Below are positions 8,863-18,747 of a DNA stretch of 64,000 nt, piece by piece; positions within the stretch are counted from its first letter, which is position 1; each line of letters opens with the position of its first letter. Position numbers and translations under genes: made by a program. The notes beneath the pieces are model-generated. The model was given only the letters and a program-made list of their open reading frames with translations, did not search any database and was not told the DNA's origin. Source of the DNA: Spirochaetia bacterium (GTDB lineage Bacteria > Spirochaetota > Spirochaetia > SZUA-6 > Bin103); the NCBI GenBank assembly GCA_965203905.1, contig CBDBDQ010000005.1:6784001-6848000 (forward strand), written 5' to 3'.

Positions 8863-10844
8863 TCAGTTCCTGAAGAAAACCATGTTCAGGTAGTAGTTCA
8901 TGGTCAGCATGCCTTCTGCCGAGGCCGGCAGCTCGCGCGGCACGTTGCCCAGGTTGTTGCGTACCACCAGCGGCGAGGGAGCCATGCCCACCACGCCGAT
9001 GGTCCACAGCTTCTCCGCGTGCAGATCGTAGACGCGCGCACGCACGTCCATGTACTCGGGGCTGCCGTAGACCGTGGACTGCATCTCCACGCGCGCCATG
9101 TCGTAGAGGCGCTGGAAGTCGGCCGGCGGCTTCTCACCGGGCAGCTCCGTGCCGTCGGTGTTCTGGACGCCCGCGCTGCGCGCGTTGTTCTCGGCCGACC
9201 AGTAGGCGTAGTAGCGGCCCGCGCCGCGGTGGCCGGCGCCCATCAGGCTGCTGTTGCCGGACACGAAGGTGTAGAACTCGATGCCGGAGACGCCGGTAGC
9301 GCGGACGTCCATCTCGCCTGACGTCTCGGCGGCGCGGATCCCGTCACCGTCGAGCGGGCCGAGCTGGATGTTGACGCCCACGTCTCCCCAGTACTCCTTG
9401 ACCAGCTCGTGGGTCAGGACCGAGGGATCGCTGGCCGGGTCGCCGGGTGCGCCGTAGGTCAGCACCAGGTTCAGCGGTTCGCCGTTGGACATCAGCCGCA
9501 CGCCGTCGGCGTTGCGCTTGTCCAGGCCGATCGAATCGAGAATCCGGTTGGCCTCGTCGGGATCGTAACGGGCGTAGGGATGCTCCTCGCCCCACTCCGG
9601 CTTGTAGAAGCGCGCATCGCTGCGCACCGTCGACTGCCGCGGCACGGCCTGTCCCAGCCACACCGTCTCGTTGATGTTGTCGCGGTCGATGGCCAGCGAC
9701 ATGGCGCGGCTGAACTCCACGTTGTTGAACAGCTCACGCTTGACCGGATCGAGGTTGTCCACGCCGAAGGTGTAGGCCACGTTGGCACCCGCCAGCCCCT
9801 CGATCAGGGTCGCGGTGTAGCCCTTGGCCTCCTCGTTCTGCTTCAGCACCGGGTAGTCGGCGAGCCCCATGCTGGTCGCGTAGTCCGCCTCCCCGGCGAT
9901 CACCTTCAGCTTGTAGGTAGCCATGTTTACGGTTTCGCTGACGATGCGGTCGATGTAGGGGACTGCTGTCCTGCGGTGTCGACGGCGTAGTGGTAGGGAT
10001 TGCGCTCCCAGATGCGCACCGTCGTGGTCTGCTCCTTCCACATCCACGCGTGCACGCTCGGCTTGTTGATGTCCTTGGCCGGGCAGCAGAAGGTATAGTG
10101 ATCGTTGAATGCCGCCGCCCAGTCGGCGTGCCCCTCTTCCTTGGCCTTGGCGTTGGCATCCGGGTTGTACTCGATGTGCCACTGCTTGAGCCACTTGCTC
10201 GGGGCATACGCGCGCCAGTCGCTGCCGCGCCAGTGCAGCATGTTCAGGACCACGCGCGGATAGGGGACCCGGAAGTCGTAGCGCACGGTGTAGTCGTCCA
10301 CCGCGGTGATCGACTCGAGCTGCTCCGGATAGCCCCAGGTGCTGATCCCCTCGTCCAGGTCCATCTCACGCTTGAAGCGGAAGTCCTCGGCGGTGAATGG
10401 GTCGCCGTTGGACCACTTCATCCCCTCGCGCAGGTAGAGCGTGAAGGTCATGTTGTCGTCCGACAGCTCGTAGTCCCTGGCCTGGTCAGGCTCGATGGAA
10501 CCGTCGAAGTTCATCCGCAACGGGTACTGGCTGCGCTCGGGCGAGTCGCCGCCGTCGACCCAGGGATGCGCTCCGGTGCCGAACACGTTCAGCGTGCCGC
10601 CGTAAGTACCGACTTCCTCCAGCGGTACCAGCACATTCGGCTCGATGGGAAGACGCTCTTCCAGCGGCGGCAGGTCGCCCGCGGCCACCATGGCCGCCAG
10701 CATGGGCGCTTCCGAGTACTGGCCGTCCCCGGCCATCGCGGCGCCGCTGCCTGCCGCGCCTTCTTCGGTGCCGCTGGCCCAGGCCGACGTACCGATGAGA
10801 AGTGCCGCGCCCAGCAGGGCGGGCATCAATCTTGCAGTCTGCAT
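8863..10844 (-). pseudogene. Family-5 ABC substrate-binding protein split by a 1-nt frameshift near 9960 (pseudogene or assembly error)
   Basis: Signal peptide MQTARLMPALLG; EAPMLAAMVAAGDLPPLEERLP; frames join as DTAGQQ/PYIDRIV whereas the paralogue at 21852 reads DTANNQLPYVDRVV. Confidence 0.85.
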
Positions 10845-10941
10845 GGCTGCTCCTTTCCTTGGATTGGATATACGGGACCGACTATCCCACAAACCGGGTA
10901 TCGCGGCAAGACGAACGCCGCGCCGCGCCGCGCAGGCCCGG

Positions 10942-12039
10942 CTACCGGTACGGGTCGGCGGCGTCGCGCAGGCCGTCGCCCGCGAAATTGAAGCACAGCA
11001 CGGTGAGCACCACGACCAGCGCCGGGATCAACAGCCACGGATGACCTGCCAGTGTGCGGATGCTGGCCGCCTGTTGCAGGGCCACGCCCCAGCTCACCAC
11101 CGGGGCCTGCAGGCCCAGGCCTATGAAGCTGAGGGCGGTCTCGCCGAGGATCATGGCGGGCACCGCCAGCGTGAGGTGCACGATCAGGTAGCCCAGGAAG
11201 TTGGGCAGCATGTGGCGCACGATCACGCTGATGCGGGTCGCTCCGGCGACGCCCGCGGCGGTGACGTAGTCCTCCTCGCGGAGCTGCAGGATCTTGCCCC
11301 GCACTACCCGCGCCAGCCCCGTCCAGCCGATGATCGACAGAATCAGCGTAATCATGAAGAATTTGCGCAACTGGGGCCAGTCGAGCGGAATGGAGGCGCT
11401 CAACGCCATCCACAGCGGGATGCTGGGCAGCGACTGCAGGAACTCGATGACGCGCTGAATCGCCATGTCCACCGGGCCGCCGAGCAGTCCCGACAGGCCA
11501 CCCAGCAGGCAACCCATGACGAAGCTCACGGCCACCCCGAGCAGTCCGATGGAGAGTGAGATGCGCGCGCCGTGGACGACGCGGGAGAGGACGTCGCGGC
11601 CGAGCTGGTCGGCTCCGAACAGGTACATCACTCCCGGCGCCTCCACGCCGAACAGATGCTTGTTCGACGGGAACAGCCCGATCAGCTTGTACTCGTCGCC
11701 GGGCACCAGCAGGCGTACCGGGTGGCGCTGCGACGGATCCTCCTTGTACACCATCAGCAGCGTCACCGGATCGCGTTCGCGGGTCAGGCCGTAGACGAAG
11801 GGCCGCTGCAACCGCCCGTCGTGGAACACGCGCACCCGCGTCGGCGGGGCCAGCGCGAACTCCGTGCGGCTGTCCAGGCGGTCGTAGGGCGCGACGAACC
11901 CCGCGAAAGCCGCGGCGGCGTACAGCACCGCGAGCACCACCGACGACCCCACGGCGAAGCGGTGCTTGGCGAACTTGCGCCGCATGAGGGTCCAGCTCGA
12001 AGCGACGAAATACTGCTCGGCATCCGTCGTTCTGGCCAT
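10942..12039 (-). CDS. Opp/Dpp-type ABC permease (OppC-like)
   Basis: FGADQLGRDVLSRVVHGARISL, EEDYVTAA, LGETALSFIGLG, GDGLRDAADPY. Confidence 0.93.
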   Translation of the reverse strand: MARTTDAEQYFVASSWTLMRRKFAKHRFAVGSSVVLAVLYAAAAFAGFVAPYDRLDSRTEFALAPPTRVRVFHDGRLQRPFVYGLTRERDPVTLLMVYKEDPSQRHPVRLLVPGDEYKLIGLFPSNKHLFGVEAPGVMYLFGADQLGRDVLSRVVHGARISLSIGLLGVAVSFVMGCLLGGLSGLLGGPVDMAIQRVIEFLQSLPSIPLWMALSASIPLDWPQLRKFFMITLILSIIGWTGLARVVRGKILQLREEDYVTAAGVAGATRISVIVRHMLPNFLGYLIVHLTLAVPAMILGETALSFIGLGLQAPVVSWGVALQQAASIRTLAGHPWLLIPALVVVLTVLCFNFAGDGLRDAADPYR

Positions 12040-12040
12040 T

Positions 12041-13036
12041 TCAGTTCTTCTGCTCGAAACGGATGCGCGGATCGACCACCACCAGCAACAGGTCCGAGAG
12101 CAGGGTGCCGATCATGGTCAGGATGCCGAGCAGCAGCACCACGCTGCTGGCCAGGTACATGTCCTGCTGCAGCAGTCCGTTGAGCATCAGCGGGCCGATG
12201 GTGGGCAGGTTAATCACGATAGCCACCAGCGCCTCGCCCGAGACGATCGCCGGCAACAGGTAGCCGATGCCGCTGATGATCGGGTTGATGGCGATGCGCA
12301 CCGGGTACTTGAACAGGATGTGCCGCTCATTCGCCCCCTTGGCGCGCGCGGTTATCACGTACTGCTTCCCAAGCTCGTCGGCCAGGGAACTGCGCAGCAC
12401 CCGGATCATCCCGGCGGTGCCGGAGGTGCCGATCACGAGCAGCGGCACCGGCAGGTGCTTCATCAGGTCGAGCACCCGCCCCAAGCTCCACGGAGCGGCC
12501 AGGTATTCGCGCGAGAACAAGCCCCCCGGACTCCAGTTGAGGTAGCGCAGCGCCAGGAACATCAGGATCAATGCCAGCAGGAAGTCGGGCGTGGCCAGCC
12601 CGATGAAGCCGAACACGGTGCCGGTATAGTCTCCCATCGAGTAGGGATGGGTGGCGGAATAGATGCCGATGGGGACCGCGATGAGGTAGGTGATGATGAG
12701 GGTGCCGATGGAGATGGTGACGGTGAGCAGGAAGCGTTCGCCGAGCAACTCGGACACCGGCTTGTTGTAGGCCATCGACTCGCCGAAGTCGCCGCGCAGG
12801 AGGATGTTGCCGATCCACTTGAGGTACTGCTCGTGCATCGGGCGGTCGAAGGCGAAACGCGCGTAGAGGCCCTTCATCATCTCCTCGCTCACCACCAGCC
12901 CGCGCTGCTCCATCTGGAACACGAACTTGGTGACGAAGTCGCCCGGCGGGAGCTGGATGATGAGGAAGGCGACCGCCGACAGCACCGCCGTTGACAGCAC
13001 CAAGTAGAACAGCCGGCGGACGACGTACTGGGACAT
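12041..13036 (-). CDS. Opp/Dpp-type ABC permease (OppB-like)
   Basis: YVVRRL, IQLPPGD, GDFGES, YVITARAKG, DPRIR. Confidence 0.93.
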   Translation of the reverse strand: MSQYVVRRLFYLVLSTAVLSAVAFLIIQLPPGDFVTKFVFQMEQRGLVVSEEMMKGLYARFAFDRPMHEQYLKWIGNILLRGDFGESMAYNKPVSELLGERFLLTVTISIGTLIITYLIAVPIGIYSATHPYSMGDYTGTVFGFIGLATPDFLLALILMFLALRYLNWSPGGLFSREYLAAPWSLGRVLDLMKHLPVPLLVIGTSGTAGMIRVLRSSLADELGKQYVITARAKGANERHILFKYPVRIAINPIISGIGYLLPAIVSGEALVAIVINLPTIGPLMLNGLLQQDMYLASSVVLLLGILTMIGTLLSDLLLVVVDPRIRFEQKN

Positions 13037-13105
13037 CGCGCAGATATTGAGCGATGACCGGCGCCGTGTCCACCGGGGCGACCGGGCGCGGTGTGCGCGG
13101 CGCGG

Positions 13106-14090
13106 TCAGGCGAGGCCGATGGCGCGGAGCAGGGTCTCCTGCACCGCCAGCTCGTGGTCGAGCGAGCGTTCCGGGGGCGCCTCGCCGCGGACGGTCGCGA
13201 GCAGCGAGTCGAGGCCGGCGTAGTAGCGGCGCCGGTGCGGGATTGGTACCGTCTGCCAGCCCTTGGCGTAGCCGTCGCGGTCGCGGTCCAGGCACAGGCG
13301 CAGGGCGGGCGGCTCGAACGGTTCCAGGATCGCGCTGCCGCGGGTGCCGTACACCTCCAGGCGCCGCGATTCCACCGAGGAGACTTCCATGTAGGCCGAC
13401 TCCACCGTCGCCATGGCGCCGGGGTACTGGAGCACGGCCGCGGTGTTGTCCGGGAACCAGGGCGGGTCGCCGCCGTCGTGGCGCGAGAAGCGGGTGACCC
13501 GCCGCGGCCGTCCCAGGATCGCGACGATGATGTCGATCAGGTGGCAGCCGACGATGAACATGAATGCCGCCGGCGCGCACCCCGCGCGACTCCCACAGCT
13601 TCCAGCGGTCTTCGCTGCCGGGCCACGACGAGATGCGTCCGCGGATCGAGAAGATGTCGCCCAGCCTCCCGGAGCGCGCCCACTCCATGATGAAGCGGAA
13701 GCCGGGGTGGTAGCGCCACATGTAGCTGAGCTGCACCATCAGCCCGCGCTCGCGGGCGGTCTCCACCACCTCGCGGAACGCCTCCAGGTCGTCGCCGGCG
13801 GGCTTGTCCAGCCACACGTGCTTGCCGTGCTCCACCGCCTCCCGCGCAAACCCGACGTTCTGGAAGATCTCGCCCTCGGCGGCGATGGCGACGATACCGT
13901 CATCCTCCAGCATCTCTTCCTTGCTGGCGAACCAGTGGACGTCCTTGTAGGCCGGATCGGACCCGAGCGCCTCCCGCACCTGGGGAGAGGGCTCGTACAC
14001 TCCGGCCAGCTCGACCTGAGCACTCTCTCGGATCACCCGCGCCTTGCCGGCGGCGTGGTCGTGGGAGATCCCGTACTGCGCAAACTTCAC
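13106..14090 (-). pseudogene. Gfo/Idh/MocA oxidoreductase split by a +1 frameshift near 13563
   Basis: GKHVWLDKP in one frame and MFIVGCHLID...LEVYGTRG in another; removing one T from GGC ATT C ATG restores GGIMF. Confidence 0.85.
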
Positions 14091-14193
14091 TGCCAACCCC
14101 CGATGCAGGCGCGTTTGCGCTATTCTGCCGGCGACTCATGGGACCTGCAAACGCAGTGCGGCGTAACGGCGACCGACAGCTCGGGGGCTTGCC

Positions 14194-15465
14194 GTGACTT
14201 GGCCGTCCGGAACATATCCGCTCAGCGCGGTACGCGCCGTGGCGCTGCACGCGCAGGGGCTGTGCGAACCGCTGCCGCGCAGCCGCCGCGTGGGTGCCGC
14301 TGCCGTCTATGCGGCTGTCGAGCGGGTGGGCTGGGTGCAGATCGATACCCTGCAGGTGGTGCGCCGGGCGCAATACCTGACCCTGTGGAGCAGGCTCGGG
14401 AGCTACGCCCCCGACGACCTCGACCGGCTGCTGTTCGACGGGGGACGCAGCGGGCCGGAAAATGGCCGCCGCCTGTTCGAGTACTGGATGCACGCGGCCT
14501 GCATCATTCCGCTGAGCCACTATCCCTTGGCGCTGCCGATGATGCGTGAGCGGGCGGAGGGACGCAACGGCTGGCACCGCGCCTGGGCGCGCGACCCCGA
14601 CAAGGCCCGCCTGCTGCGGGCGGTGCTGGCGCGCATCAGGACGGAGGGTCCGTGCCGGCCTGCAGACATCCGCACCGAGAAGAAGCGGCCCGGCACCTGG
14701 TGGAACTGGGACGACGCCAAGGTCGCCCTGGAGCACCTGTACGACGCCGGTGAACTGGCGATCTGCAACCGGGTCAACTTCCAGCGCGTCTACGACCTGC
14801 GGGAGCGCGTGCTGCCGCGGTGGGTGGACCGCCGCGAGCCGGACCCGGAGCAGGCTCTGCGCACGCTGCTGGAGATCTCGAGCAAGGCGCTCGGCATCTG
14901 CACGCCCGCCCAGGTGGCCAACTACCTTCACGCGAAGCAGGCCGACGCCCGGCACCTGGTCGAGCGGCTGATCGCCGACGGCCGGCTGCTCACCGTGGCC
15001 GCCCGGCTGGCCGACGGCAGCGCCCACGATCTGGTGGTGCACCGCGACAACCTGCACCTGCTGCAGCGTGCCGCGGACGGCGAGCTGCGTCCCCGCCGCA
15101 CCACCTTCCTGAGCCCGTTCGACAGCCTGTTCTGGGCCGGCGGGCGCGACCAGGGCTTCTGGCGCTTCCGGCAGGTGCTGGAGTGCTACAAACCGGAGCC
15201 GCTGCGCGAGTGGGGCTACTTCTGTCTGCCGATTCTCGACCGCGGACGGCTGGCCGGCCGGTTCGACCCCAAGCTGGAGCGGAACAAGGGGCTGTTGCGG
15301 CTCAAGAAGCTGTACCTGGAGCCCGGCGTCAGACCGAGCGAGCGGCTGGTAACCGCGATGGCGCGCAGCATGCGCGACTTCCTGCGCTTCCACCAGGCCG
15401 ACGACCTGGCGATCGAGCACAGCGATCCCCCGGAACTCGCAACCAGGTTGCTGGCGGCGCTGTAA
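14194..15465 (+). CDS. YcaQ/AlkZ-like (HTH_42) DNA glycosylase, QxD type
   Basis: VQIDTLQVVRRAQYLTLWSRLG, LFEYWMHAACIIP, FQRVYDLRERV, LSPFDSL, ECYKPEPLREWGYFCLPIL. Confidence 0.88.
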   Translation: MTWPSGTYPLSAVRAVALHAQGLCEPLPRSRRVGAAAVYAAVERVGWVQIDTLQVVRRAQYLTLWSRLGSYAPDDLDRLLFDGGRSGPENGRRLFEYWMHAACIIPLSHYPLALPMMRERAEGRNGWHRAWARDPDKARLLRAVLARIRTEGPCRPADIRTEKKRPGTWWNWDDAKVALEHLYDAGELAICNRVNFQRVYDLRERVLPRWVDRREPDPEQALRTLLEISSKALGICTPAQVANYLHAKQADARHLVERLIADGRLLTVAARLADGSAHDLVVHRDNLHLLQRAADGELRPRRTTFLSPFDSLFWAGGRDQGFWRFRQVLECYKPEPLREWGYFCLPILDRGRLAGRFDPKLERNKGLLRLKKLYLEPGVRPSERLVTAMARSMRDFLRFHQADDLAIEHSDPPELATRLLAAL

Positions 15466-15513
15466 GGAGCTGGCGGCAGCCGCTGCCAGGCCCGAGCGGG
15501 GTATATTCGCGCC

Positions 15514-16389
15514 ATGCAGTCGCCGCGTACGGCGCTTACTGAACTGATCACCGAGATCCGACGGCAGGAGGCCGCGGGGCACGCCTGGGAGCTGGCGCCG
15601 GGGGACCTGCAACGGATCCTGGACCTGACCCCGGAGCAGTATTACCGGGAGATGTATGCGGCACAGATGGCGGGCCATCCGCTGATCTCGCTGGACCTCG
15701 GCACCGAACGCTTTTCCCAGGACTCGGTGCTCCCGCTCGTCAGCCTGCTGGAGCATCTCTGCGGCGCCGAAGCGGAGCTGGCGCTGGAGCGGGCCGGCAT
15801 CTTCTTCTCCCACGACCAGCAGGCCGAGGTCACGGCCGAATTCCTGGGTGCGGCCGCTGCCACCGTGCGGGCACACGAGTTCCAGGACCAGGACTTCGCC
15901 GCCATGCTGCGCGTGTTCGGCAGCCTCGCCCGTGCCCGGCAGACATACCTCGACCACTACTTCGATCTGGACGAGGTGCGGCGCGGCGCGGCGCGGCGTT
16001 ACTGCGCAGCGCACGATTTCACCATCCCCGAGCTGGCGCTGCGCAACGCCGAAGGTGTCCTCCGCTACCTGTTCTCGAAACACGTATTGCGAGCCGATAG
16101 CATCTTCGGTTCACTGCACGACGCGTTTCTCGCGGCCGCGGTCAGTGCCGGCTTCGCGGACGAGCCGCCGCGCGGCGAGCGGCGCCCGCCTCCGTACGCT
16201 GTCGACGCGACCGCCGATCAGGCCCGACGGGCCATGGGTCTGGACTCGGAGCCGCTCACCCTGGAGCGGATCAAGGCCCGTTACAAACAACTGATGAAGC
16301 GCTTCCATCCCGACGTCAACCCGCGCGGCCTCCGGCGCTGCCAGGAGATCAACGTCGCCTACTCCACCCTGGTGGCCACGGTGCGGTAA
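15514..16389 (+). CDS. Protein with C-terminal DnaJ J-domain and unrecognised N-terminal domain
   Basis: IKARYKQLMKRFHPDVN...QEINVAY with intact HPD motif. Confidence 0.8.
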   Translation: MQSPRTALTELITEIRRQEAAGHAWELAPGDLQRILDLTPEQYYREMYAAQMAGHPLISLDLGTERFSQDSVLPLVSLLEHLCGAEAELALERAGIFFSHDQQAEVTAEFLGAAAATVRAHEFQDQDFAAMLRVFGSLARARQTYLDHYFDLDEVRRGAARRYCAAHDFTIPELALRNAEGVLRYLFSKHVLRADSIFGSLHDAFLAAAVSAGFADEPPRGERRPPPYAVDATADQARRAMGLDSEPLTLERIKARYKQLMKRFHPDVNPRGLRRCQEINVAYSTLVATVR

Positions 16390-16399
16390 GGTTCAAACC

Positions 16400-17461
16400 A
16401 TGCCAACCAGTTATCGAGCTGCCGTGGTAGGGCTGACGGGGATCGGCATCCGGCGGTCCCCGGCGCAGTCAGGCGGGTTGCGCGGCATCATGCCCGGCTC
16501 GCATGCGGATGCGTACGTGAACCACCCGCGTACCGAGCTGGCGGCCGTGTGCGACCTGCGCCCCGAGGCCATCGACGAGTTCCGCCGGACCTGGTCCGAC
16601 CGTTGCCCGGACACCGCCGTCTACGACGACTTCGGCGAGCTGCTCGCGCGGGAACGGCCCGACATCGTCAGCATCGTCACCGGGGACCACGTGCACGCGG
16701 ACCTCACGGTGGCTGCCGCGGAGTCCGGCGCCCGGGCGGTGTTCTGCGAGAAGCCGATCGCCACCACGCTGGCCGACGCCGACCGCATGATCGACGCCTG
16801 CGAGCGTCACGGGGTCCTGCTCTCCGTCGATCACACCCGTCGCTGGAGGCCGCTGTTCACCGCCGCCCGGCGCCTGGTGGCGGACGGTGAGCTGGGGGCG
16901 GTACGTACCATGGCCGCCGAGCACTACGGCGAGCGCGCGATGATGTTCCGCAACGGCACGCACTTGGTTGATGGCCTGACCTTTTTCGCCGGCACAGAGC
17001 CGCGCTGGGTCACGGCGCTCCTGGAACGCGGCTTCGAGAGCTTCGACGTCTACCGCGGAGACGGCGGCCACGATCCTGACAGCGAGCCCGCCGCCTCGGC
17101 CCTGATCGCGTTCGACGGCGACATTCGCGCCACCTACACCGCGTACAAGACAGCGTTCGCCGCGACCATGCTGACCATCACCTGTGACCACGGCCGCGTG
17201 GAGTTGACCAACGATCACGGCGTGGTCCGCACCAGCGCAGCCGACCGCCGGCTCTCCGAGGTCGTGATCGAGCCCGGCCATTACGTGTACAGCAACCAGA
17301 TCGCCGCCATCGACGAGCTGGTCGCGGCCCTGGACGGCGGCGAGCACTCCCTGGTCTCCTCCGGAACCGACGCCCGCTGGACCCTGGAGATCCTGCTGGG
17401 AATCCTCGCCTCACAACAGGCCGGCCACCACCGCGTAGACCTCCCCCTGCCCCGCCGCTGA
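16400..17461 (+). CDS. Gfo/Idh/MocA oxidoreductase
   Basis: AVVGLTGIG, AVCDL, VFCEKPIA, HTRRW, GTHLVD. Confidence 0.9.
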   Translation: MPTSYRAAVVGLTGIGIRRSPAQSGGLRGIMPGSHADAYVNHPRTELAAVCDLRPEAIDEFRRTWSDRCPDTAVYDDFGELLARERPDIVSIVTGDHVHADLTVAAAESGARAVFCEKPIATTLADADRMIDACERHGVLLSVDHTRRWRPLFTAARRLVADGELGAVRTMAAEHYGERAMMFRNGTHLVDGLTFFAGTEPRWVTALLERGFESFDVYRGDGGHDPDSEPAASALIAFDGDIRATYTAYKTAFAATMLTITCDHGRVELTNDHGVVRTSAADRRLSEVVIEPGHYVYSNQIAAIDELVAALDGGEHSLVSSGTDARWTLEILLGILASQQAGHHRVDLPLPRR

Positions 17462-17472
17462 GCCTCCCCGGC

Positions 17473-18747
17473 ATGGCTCCATCGTTCCGTATCGCGGCGC
17501 TCGTGACGACGTTCTTTCCCAACAGCCACGCGGGGGTCCTGGTGAGCAAGTTCCTCACCGGCTTCCCGACCGACGACGGCCTCGTGGCGCCGCGGACCCG
17601 CATCGCAGCGCTGTACCTCGACCAGATTCACCGGCATGACATCGGGCTGCAGCTCGCACACCGCTACGGTGTGCCGGTGTATGGCAGCATCCGCTCCGCG
17701 CTGACCCTGGGTGGCGACGAGCTGGCCGTGGACGGCGTGCTGCTGATCGGCGAGCACGGCGACTATCCGCGCACGGCCCTGGGTCAGGAGATGCTGCCGC
17801 GGAGCTGGTTCTTCGAGCAGGTCTCCGGTGTCATCGCGGAGCAGCGCCGGCCGCTGCCGGTGTTCGTCGACAAGCACCTGTCGTACCGGTGGAGCGACGC
17901 CCGCCGGATGTACGACACCGCGCGCGAGCTGGAAATGCCGCTCTGGGCCGGCTCGTCGCTCCCCGTGCACTGGCGCAGGCCCGACTACGACCATCCGCTG
18001 GGCTCACCGCTGGACGCGGCGCTCAGCACCGGCTTCCACATGCTGGAGCGGTACGGGTTCCACGCGCTGGAGGCGCTCCAGTGCCAGGTGGAGCGGCGCG
18101 CGGGAGGCGAAACCGGCGTACGCGCCGTGACCTGCCTGTCAGGCGACGCGGTGTGGCGCGCGGCCGACGCGGGCCGCTGGCCGACCGACCTCGCCGACGC
18201 CGCCCTCGGGGCGACCCGCCCCGGACCGGACCGGCTGGAGGCCGGGCGCGTCAGCGACCCGCACGTGTTTCTCGTGGACTACGCCGACGGGTTGCGCGCC
18301 GCGGCGCTGATGCTCGGCGACGACGGCTACGTCGAGCAGTTCGCCTACGCCGGCCGGCGCGCGGGGAGCATCGACGCGTTCGCGTTCCAACCTGACCCGG
18401 GCCCGAACAAGGCGCACTTCAGCTACTTCGGTCTCAACGTGGAGGACTTTCTTCTCTCCGGCACGCCGCCGAGCCCGGTGGAACGCACGCTGTTGACCAC
18501 CGGCATCCTGGAAGCGGCGATGATCTCGCACCATCGCGGCGGCGAACGCGTGGCCACGCCGCACCTGGACATCGTCTACGCGCCCGGTGCGCACGCCGTC
18601 CGCCGGCCCACCGCGCCGCACCCCAGCGCTGCCTCCGCAGCCCCGTTGCCGCTGCCGGAGCCGGGCGCCACTCCCGCCGCCGAGCCGATTCCGGTCGAAC
18701 GCGACGGCACGGTCAGGCGCTCGTCCGCGGTGCGGCCGAAGTCGTGA
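17473..18747 (+). CDS. Conserved hypothetical protein, oxidoreductase-like
   Basis: Long ORF with host-like codon bias; VDGVLLIGEHGDYP, VFVDKHLS, AGSSLP, YGFHALE, PVERTLLTTG resemble a Gfo/Idh/MocA-like fold. Confidence 0.7.
   Translation: MAPSFRIAALVTTFFPNSHAGVLVSKFLTGFPTDDGLVAPRTRIAALYLDQIHRHDIGLQLAHRYGVPVYGSIRSALTLGGDELAVDGVLLIGEHGDYPRTALGQEMLPRSWFFEQVSGVIAEQRRPLPVFVDKHLSYRWSDARRMYDTARELEMPLWAGSSLPVHWRRPDYDHPLGSPLDAALSTGFHMLERYGFHALEALQCQVERRAGGETGVRAVTCLSGDAVWRAADAGRWPTDLADAALGATRPGPDRLEAGRVSDPHVFLVDYADGLRAAALMLGDDGYVEQFAYAGRRAGSIDAFAFQPDPGPNKAHFSYFGLNVEDFLLSGTPPSPVERTLLTTGILEAAMISHHRGGERVATPHLDIVYAPGAHAVRRPTAPHPSAASAAPLPLPEPGATPAAEPIPVERDGTVRRSSAVRPKS

Noticed and set aside
12327-14096. 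589-aa ORF suggesting an oxidoreductase fusion
   Set aside because: Read-through caused by the frameshift near 13563; the downstream part is out-of-frame sequence over the real C-terminus and permease
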